A model generated the notes under the pieces. That model was not told where the DNA came from, searched no databases, and saw only the letters and a list, made by a program, of their open reading frames with translations. Shown piece after piece: positions 1 to 6,049 of a DNA stretch of 10,383 nt. Source of the stretch: Candidatus Helarchaeota ASGARD archaeon Hel_GB_B. Its GTDB lineage: Archaea > Asgardarchaeota > Lokiarchaeia > Helarchaeales > HEL-GB-B. A program made the position numbers and the translations under genes. Numbering within the stretch: the first letter of the stretch is position 1; every line of letters starts with the position of its first letter. The stretch spans positions 1-10,383 of the forward strand of contig SUPR01000107.1 of the NCBI GenBank assembly GCA_005191425.1, read 5' to 3'.

Positions 1-137
1 TAAGCTTTATATTATAAAAAATAACCTAAAAATTCAAAATATATGTTATATTATTATTAAATCAATATTATTTCGTTTATTAATAACTAAATTGTGATTG
101 ATATACAAATCTATTTAATATTTATTAGTAAAATAAT

Positions 138-1001
138 TCAATAAATTATTGTAGCTTGGTTAATAAAACTTAATAGACTTTGAAAGAAATATCGAGAAGT
201 AATCAAACTTGGTTCCCACACGCAAGAATAATAACATTTTGAGCAATCATTACAAAAATAGCAATTATCTGGTCTTGTTGGTAATATATTTCCTGATGTA
301 CCTATAGAAATATTTGTCCAAGTATATCTACACTTATTTTTATGTCCATTGATGAGTATTTTTAAGTATGGCTGAGTATTCACAAGAAATCTCGATTTAT
401 TTTCTATAAGAATTTTTCCCAGCTTTTTTCTCAGACTTGGCTCAGTTGGTGCACATGGCTGAATATTTATCGGCACATGAAGTTCATTTGCAAGTTTTAT
501 TAAATTCGGAACGTGTTTAATATTCCCTTCAGGTAGTTCTTCCAGATAATTCTTATCAAAAACTGTTGTTGCAAACCCAAATGGAATTCTTTTTTTCTTA
601 TATTCCACAATTGATTTCATAATACTCTTAAATAATCCTTTATGCCCTCGTATTATATCATGGTCTTCATTAGATGCATCTAATGATATTCCTATAATTG
701 GCCTTTTCCTAAATGGGATTTTTAATAAGACTGGAATTATTTTTTTAAGTAAAACACCATTTGTCGAAATTTGAGTTTTAATTGAATTATTCACCCCAAT
801 ATTTACAATCTTCTCAAATTCTGGGTGTGTAGTCGCTTCTCCACCAGTAATTTGTAGATATAATGGTCTATACCTTTTTAATATATTCTCAAACACTTCT
901 GGACTTATATGCTTCTTTTTTCGTCTTGTTTTCTCATAACAAAAGCTACAATTTAAATTACAAAAATCTGTAACTTCACAAATCACACTCAATATTACCA
1001 T
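138..1001 (-). CDS. Radical SAM protein with a short Cys-rich (twitch/SPASM-like) C-terminus; substrate unknown
   Basis: CNLNCSFC (CxxxCxxC) near the N-terminus, followed by ITGGEA, ISTNG and ISLD core motifs. The C-terminus carries C...G-NILP...CYFCNDCSKCYYSCVWEPS. Confidence 0.9.
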   Translation of the reverse strand: MVILSVICEVTDFCNLNCSFCYEKTRRKKKHISPEVFENILKRYRPLYLQITGGEATTHPEFEKIVNIGVNNSIKTQISTNGVLLKKIIPVLLKIPFRKRPIIGISLDASNEDHDIIRGHKGLFKSIMKSIVEYKKKRIPFGFATTVFDKNYLEELPEGNIKHVPNLIKLANELHVPINIQPCAPTEPSLRKKLGKILIENKSRFLVNTQPYLKILINGHKNKCRYTWTNISIGTSGNILPTRPDNCYFCNDCSKCYYSCVWEPSLITSRYFFQSLLSFINQATIIY

Positions 1002-1276
1002 ATATATATTATATTAAATAATCAACTATAAAAATCAATAAGGTTTTAATTTATGATTCTTTTTCTGACAAAAGATCTTTGATTTTTTTTCTTTTTAACA
1101 AACTATTATTAATAAACATTAAATTTTAACTTCAGATTATAATATCGTAATGCTAAAAATTTAAATTTTTTAATTTGTAAGAGTTTAAATTCTAATATCT
1201 ATTAATTATAATTAGTATTTTAAATAAATTAAAAGAGTTTTTATACTTTTAATAGTTGATTTAGGGATGTTTTTAA

Positions 1277-1705
1277 ATGATTGATTTAATTAAAGAGAAT
1301 GTTCCATATTTAGAAATTAAAGAAAAACAAAAAAGTTCCATTGATCCGACAACTATTGACCAATTTATGATTCCACGAGCAAAATCAATGGAATTAGAAG
1401 GATTGGAAGACCTAATAAATTTAATAAGTACTGTAATGGTAAATAATTTTTCACTCTATCATTATAAGCAAAATGATCGCCACATTTATTTTGTTTATGT
1501 TGTTATTCACGATTTTTATAATTTTAGAGGAATTCCTTTATTAATATATACTTTCTCTGATTATGAACCTGATCTATTTCTAAAATATCAACCAAACCGA
1601 AACCCAATAATCAAAATGACCTCTAAATTCGAAGATGCAAATGCTGTTTATATAAAAATCATTAAAGTTAAAAAATTACCTCAATGCTTGAACTTTTCTT
1701 ATTAA
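1277..1705 (+). CDS. Conserved hypothetical archaeal protein, 142 aa, soluble alpha/beta
   Basis: Long ORF in AT-rich DNA with normal protein composition, AGGGA upstream and a T-run after the stop. The pattern LEGLEDL..LYHY....HIYFV...PLLIY...P..F..Y...YI.IIKV resembles small TACK/Asgard 'cren protein'-type hypotheticals (from memory, low certainty). Confidence 0.75.
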   Translation: MIDLIKENVPYLEIKEKQKSSIDPTTIDQFMIPRAKSMELEGLEDLINLISTVMVNNFSLYHYKQNDRHIYFVYVVIHDFYNFRGIPLLIYTFSDYEPDLFLKYQPNRNPIIKMTSKFEDANAVYIKIIKVKKLPQCLNFSY

Positions 1706-1745
1706 TTTTTATTGTTTTAATTCAATCACAAAAAATATTTTTTTT
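1706..1745 (+). terminator. Candidate archaeal oligo-T terminator
   Basis: T5 immediately after the stop (1706-1710) and T8 at 1738-1745. T-runs are common at this base composition, so support is weak. Confidence 0.35.
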
Positions 1746-1948
1746 CAATTGGAAATATTTTCGCAATTTAATATATTATATTATATTTTTAGGGCTCTGA
1801 TTTATGGAAAAAATAATTTATAATATAATTTTTTCATAGAAACAAAATTTGTATCGTCCATTATTTTTAAAAATGTAATTTTCTAATATTTATCAATAGA
1901 TTTTAATTAAAAAAAATTGTGAATTAAAAAATTTTAGCGAAAAACAAA

Positions 1949-2338
1949 ATGGTAGAAAATGCTTTAAATTGGCTAAGACAAGCAGAAAAAGATTTACTAC
2001 ATGCAGAAAAGAGTATAATCAATAAAGATTATGAATGGGCTTGTTTTGCATCTCAACAAGCAGTAGAAAAAGCTATTAAAGCTCTATATAAGACTATTAA
2101 TATTGATGCTTGGGGGTATTCTGTTTCCCAATTATTACAAAACTTACCAAATGACTTAATTCCTAATAATAATCTAATAGATATGGCTAAAGAACTCGAT
2201 AAACATTATATACCCGCAAGATATCCAAATGCTCATCCATCAGGAGCCCCAATGGATTATTATACAAAAAAAGAAGCTGAAAGAGCTGTTGAATATGCAA
2301 GGACGATCATCAAATATTGTAAAAATAAAATTGTTTAA
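1949..2338 (+). CDS. HEPN domain protein (COG2250/PF05168-type), putative toxin component
   Basis: WLRQAEKDL..A, YEWACFASQQAVEKAIKAL and LDKHYIPARYPNAHPSGAP..YYT..EAE.A match the HEPN consensus. An Rx4H pattern (RYPNAH) is present, and the gene overlaps the downstream MNT. Confidence 0.92.
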   Translation: MVENALNWLRQAEKDLLHAEKSIINKDYEWACFASQQAVEKAIKALYKTINIDAWGYSVSQLLQNLPNDLIPNNNLIDMAKELDKHYIPARYPNAHPSGAPMDYYTKKEAERAVEYARTIIKYCKNKIV

Positions 2339-2756
2339 ATTAGATTATGATAAAATAATTCGCGAATTAAGAAACGAGATAGATATCTGGAGAAAAAAAT
2401 GTAATTTAAAATTAGTTATTTTATTCGGCTCTCTTGCGAAAGGGTCATATTCATGTGGTAGTGATGCAGATTTATTAATAATAGCTGATAATATACCACC
2501 TACTTACTCTTCCAGAATTGATTTATTTTTTTCACCAAAAATATCCGCAGGACTACATCTTATTATTTATACTCAAGATGAATTGTTTAATGAAATACAA
2601 GAAATAAATACTTTTGTTTTTGAAATTTTTTATAAGTTTAAGTTGCTCTATGGCAATAAGAATTTATTAAATAAAATATTAAAAGAAATAAAACATAAGA
2701 TTAGCGAGAAAAAAGCAATAAGACATAACTACGGCTGGGAAATACTAAATAAATAA
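2295..2756 (+). CDS. Minimal nucleotidyltransferase (MNT, Pol-beta superfamily), putative antitoxin
   Basis: VILFGSLAKGSYSCGSDADLLII (GS...DxD). I prefer the ATG at 2295 (MQGRSSNIVKIKLF...) to the ORF-track start at 2229. This gives a 44-nt overlap with HEPN and an N-terminus typical of this MNT type. Confidence 0.88.
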   Translation: MQGRSSNIVKIKLFKLDYDKIIRELRNEIDIWRKKCNLKLVILFGSLAKGSYSCGSDADLLIIADNIPPTYSSRIDLFFSPKISAGLHLIIYTQDELFNEIQEINTFVFEIFYKFKLLYGNKNLLNKILKEIKHKISEKKAIRHNYGWEILNK

Positions 2757-3003
2757 GGCATTTTTAATATTATAGGAAAATAATAGAAAAAAAAAGAAAA
2801 AAATAATATATTAATTATTTCCTATATTGTTATTATAAATTGGTCTCTAAATTCAATGAATATTTATCCTAAAAATGATATTTATAAACTTTTAATGTAT
2901 CATATTAGTTTAAAGATTTAATAAAATTTAGTCCCTTTTTAAAAATATCAAAATATATTAATTAAAAAGATCTTTTTTCTTTTTTATATACGGTAAACCT
3001 ATC

Positions 3004-3675
3004 ATGATGGATAAAATGACTCGTATAAAAAATAAATATTTTATAGATTTTAAATTACCAAAAACGGAAATAACCATCAATATCAATGCAATAAAGAAAA
3101 TTATGCTACATACTATTGAATTTTCTAACCCAACAAAATCAAATTGGCGATGGAAGGAAGTTATGGGTATTTTAGGGGGTAAAATTAAGGATGAAAATAA
3201 TATTTATGTAAATGATAGTTTTGCAATAACACATGGTAATCATTATTCTGTTCAATATAACAAAAAAAATTATATAATAGCAACTCAAATCAACGATCTT
3301 CTTTTTAAAAAAAATGAGTTTTTCGTAGGTTGGTATCATTCTCATCCTGGACTTGGATTTTTCTATTCGCATACCGATATAATTAACCATTTAGGGTACC
3401 AAGATGTTAATCCCCACGCTATTGGTATTGTTTTTGACCATAAAGGATATGATCGTGAACGTAAATTTTTCGAAATTTACAAATTACGATATTCTAATTA
3501 CGGTTATATAAGTTATGAATCAGTCCCTTATATAATAGAATCAGTCAGTAAAAAGGATGAAATTAAAACCTTAAAAAAAATCTATGATGAGATTTTATTC
3601 TATTGGAAAATTGGTCTAGTTGAATCTGCAGAAAAAACAATCAAAAAATGGTTAAAAGAATTTAAAAAAATGTAG
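3004..3675 (+). CDS. JAMM/MPN+ (Mov34) zinc isopeptidase, Rpn11/CSN5-like
   Basis: EVMGILGG (catalytic Glu, codon 3157-3159) and VGWYHSHPGLGFFYSHTD (H-S-H-x7-S-x2-D intact, 3337-3378), followed by YQDVNPHAIGIVFDH. Alternative in-frame ATGs lie at 3007 and 3016. Confidence 0.92.
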   Translation: MMDKMTRIKNKYFIDFKLPKTEITININAIKKIMLHTIEFSNPTKSNWRWKEVMGILGGKIKDENNIYVNDSFAITHGNHYSVQYNKKNYIIATQINDLLFKKNEFFVGWYHSHPGLGFFYSHTDIINHLGYQDVNPHAIGIVFDHKGYDRERKFFEIYKLRYSNYGYISYESVPYIIESVSKKDEIKTLKKIYDEILFYWKIGLVESAEKTIKKWLKEFKKM

Positions 3676-3690
3676 AAAATAAATCAAATC

Positions 3691-4179
3691 TTACGTATAT
3701 ATTGGTGAATTATATGTGTCTACCTTTTTTATTTCATTAGAAATCGATGGAATAATTTTATTAAAAAATAAATCAATAGCAAAAACAATCGATCCATATT
3801 CACTTTTAAAATTTGCAAAATCAGTATCTAAAGGTTGGTCTGCTTCTGCATAAATATTTCCTTCATTATCAATACTGAAGGTGATTTCAGCATAATTAAA
3901 ATTTGCTTCTAATATTTTTTTATGTAAAATTGGCTCAATTTCGAGCATGTCTGATATTGACTTTTTAAAAAGTAATAAACATTTCGTTTCAATCCATTTA
4001 GAACCTATTCGCGTATCTACTAAAAAATTTATTACTTTTTTATCTGGAAATTCATATTTAAATGGAGAAATTATTTGATATTTATCTCGATGTTCTTCTA
4101 TTGTTGGAGGGTTTAAGTCCTTTATAAATCCTAAAACTTTGTCATAAATTTTTTCTAAATCAACATTTTTTTCTGTCAT
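3691..4179 (-). CDS. YbjN / type III secretion chaperone-like fold protein (putative)
   Basis: 162-aa acidic protein. LHKKILEANFNYAEITFSIDNEGNIYAEAD followed by an amphipathic C-terminal helix resembles the YbjN/CesT/DUF2299 pattern. The fold call is by pattern recall only. Confidence 0.55.
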   Translation of the reverse strand: MTEKNVDLEKIYDKVLGFIKDLNPPTIEEHRDKYQIISPFKYEFPDKKVINFLVDTRIGSKWIETKCLLLFKKSISDMLEIEPILHKKILEANFNYAEITFSIDNEGNIYAEADQPLDTDFANFKSEYGSIVFAIDLFFNKIIPSISNEIKKVDTYNSPIYT

Positions 4180-4215
4180 AATTAAAAAATTTTAATATTA
4201 TCATTTATTAATTTT

Positions 4216-4255
4216 TATTCAAAATTATAGATATTCAAAATTATAGAACTAGAAC
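4216..4255. repeat. Perfect 16-bp tandem duplication TATTCAAAATTATAGA x2, with an overlapping TAGAAC x2
   Basis: Copies at 4216-4231 and 4232-4247, and TAGAAC at 4244-4249 and 4250-4255, read directly from the sequence. Confidence 0.9.
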
Positions 4256-4290
4256 ACAAATTAATTATTTAATTTTTAAATTATTACTAA

Positions 4291-5052
4291 TCAAGTACCA
4301 TATTTTTCCAAAAAACTATTTATTTCAGAAGGTGTTATTGCACCATTATGTAAAGCCGTGGCAATCAATACTCCATCGACTTGTATTTTTATTAAATTTT
4401 GAATATCCTTAATAGAATTTATACCGCCACCTGTTATTATTTTTGAATTTGTCTCATTAATGATTTCATAAATTATTTCACTAACTCCTCCTAGTTTTGA
4501 ACCCACTCTAAATAAATCTAAGATAATAAACTCGTTAATATCAAATTGTTCAAAGTATTTTATAATTTCAAGAGCGTTTAAACCTTTTATTTCTTTGCAT
4601 TTACTTATATTATTATTTTTATATAAATCTACGCTTATTATTAAATTTGTTTGATCATTTTTCAATACTGATTGTAATTCTTTAATAAAATTAACAGAAG
4701 TTAAAGTTTCAGTCCCAATGATTAAGTTTTTAATATTGTGTACTAAGATTTTTCTGGCTCTTTTTATATTAGAAATACCTGCATCAATCATAATATCTAT
4801 ATCATAAATTTTCAAAATTTCATTAAGATAATTAAAATTTTCAATGTTTTTAGTTATTGCATCAAGGTCGGCGATATATAATTCTTTAAATCCGAACAAA
4901 TTAACAAATTTATCAATAATATCTATTATGTTTGCAGAATTACTAATGACAGACTTAATTGGATAATATTTATCTCTTTCTCCTTGGATACCGTGGACTA
5001 CTTTTGAATTAAGAATATCTATAACTGGAATTATTCTCATTTTCTGATACAT
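4291..5052 (-). CDS. HisA/HisF-related TIM-barrel protein (hisAF-related, MJ0703/Orf17-like), probably not true HisA
   Basis: RIIPVIDI...VVHGIQGERDKYYPIKS, ELYIADLDAI, MIDAG, IIGTETL, ISVDL, IILDLFRVGS, ITGGGI and GVLIATALHNG. The start may instead be the ATG at 5040, which has GGATG upstream. Confidence 0.85.
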   Translation of the reverse strand: MYQKMRIIPVIDILNSKVVHGIQGERDKYYPIKSVISNSANIIDIIDKFVNLFGFKELYIADLDAITKNIENFNYLNEILKIYDIDIMIDAGISNIKRARKILVHNIKNLIIGTETLTSVNFIKELQSVLKNDQTNLIISVDLYKNNNISKCKEIKGLNALEIIKYFEQFDINEFIILDLFRVGSKLGGVSEIIYEIINETNSKIITGGGINSIKDIQNLIKIQVDGVLIATALHNGAITPSEINSFLEKYGT

Positions 5053-5074
5053 CCAAATTAACTAAATTTTTAAT

Positions 5075-6049
5075 TCAATTAATATCTACAATACCATCAT
5101 TCGTTAATCTAAAAACTGCTTCTCCTTCAGGTAAGACTGGGCTATCAATAAGTCTGGCTAATCTTTGATCTCCTCTAATTACGCGTAGATAAACTCTTGT
5201 TTGACAGATATGGGCTATTATATTACCACCAACAGCCTTAATCGGGTCGCCCATTATTACTGAAGGGTCGTCAATAACTTGATTGGTTATAATAACTGCA
5301 CAATTGTTAATATCTGCGATTCTTTCTAGTTGATGCAAATGTTTATTCAGGTTTTGTTGACGCGACTTTATAGATTCATTTCCGATATATTCAGCTCTAA
5401 AATGAGTTGAAATAGAATCAATAATTAAAAGTCGAATATTACTATTGTTTATTATTTCTTCTGCATCATTAACCAATTCTATTTGGTGTTCACTATTATA
5501 TGCTCTTGCCACTTTAATATTTTTTAAAGCTTGTCCTGGGTCTAAATGCATTGCAATAGCCATAGAAACAATTCTTTCGGGTCTAAATGTCCCTTCACTG
5601 TCAATATAAAGTGCATTTCCTTCAAGTCCACCGACATCTTTTGATAATTGTACATTAACTGCTAATTGGTGTGCTAGTTGTGTTTTCCCGGATTTAAAAG
5701 CTCCATAGAACTCTGTTATCGACCCTGTCTCGACCCCTCCTCCTAATAAATTATCTAATTGTATTGATCCAGTTGTAATTTTATCGATTTTAATTCTTCT
5801 ATCATATAGTATATCTGCTGATATAAACCCCATATTACAAATTTTACGGGCTTTTGAGATTATTTTACCCGAAAAAGTCTTATTCAAACCCAATTTCTCT
5901 ACAAGTTCCTTCACAGTTAATGTAGCTATCTGCTCAAATCTTTTATAGCCGGCAGACCATAACTGTTTTGCAGTTGAAATACCTATATTTAATTTACTGG
6001 CGAATTTTTTCAACTCTTCTTTGTCATTTTCACCATTATTCTCAGTCAT
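5075..6049 (-). CDS. radA: RadA/Rad51-family recombinase, full length, probably a divergent paralog
   Basis: N-terminal HhH-like domain, MGFISA (FxxA polymerisation motif), TTGSIQLDNLLGGG.ETGSITEFYG, Walker A GAFKSGKT (5681-5704), YIDSEGTFRPER, Walker B LLIIDS, RQQNLNKHL, TNQV, GGNIIAH and DSPVLPEGEAVF. Confidence 0.95.
   Translation of the reverse strand: MTENNGENDKEELKKFASKLNIGISTAKQLWSAGYKRFEQIATLTVKELVEKLGLNKTFSGKIISKARKICNMGFISADILYDRRIKIDKITTGSIQLDNLLGGGVETGSITEFYGAFKSGKTQLAHQLAVNVQLSKDVGGLEGNALYIDSEGTFRPERIVSMAIAMHLDPGQALKNIKVARAYNSEHQIELVNDAEEIINNSNIRLLIIDSISTHFRAEYIGNESIKSRQQNLNKHLHQLERIADINNCAVIITNQVIDDPSVIMGDPIKAVGGNIIAHICQTRVYLRVIRGDQRLARLIDSPVLPEGEAVFRLTNDGIVDIN

Noticed and set aside
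1155-1170. AT-only palindromes (AAAAATTTAAATTTTT; similar at 1731-1742 and 7721-7734)
   Set aside because: Expected by chance in intergenic DNA that is almost entirely A/T.
2229-2294. ORF-track N-terminal extension of the MNT
   Set aside because: It would overlap the HEPN gene by 110 nt across its conserved C-terminal motif. ATG 2295 gives a more typical N-terminus and overlap.
3172-3390. 72-aa minus-strand ORF
   Set aside because: It lies wholly antisense within the JAMM gene, over its catalytic motif, and has no recognisable features.
138-5077. Selenocysteine readthrough at the TGA stops of the radical SAM, hisAF-related and radA genes
   Set aside because: Each TGA falls at the natural family C-terminus and is followed by another stop within a few to about 20 codons. 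I recognised no SECIS-like hairpin.
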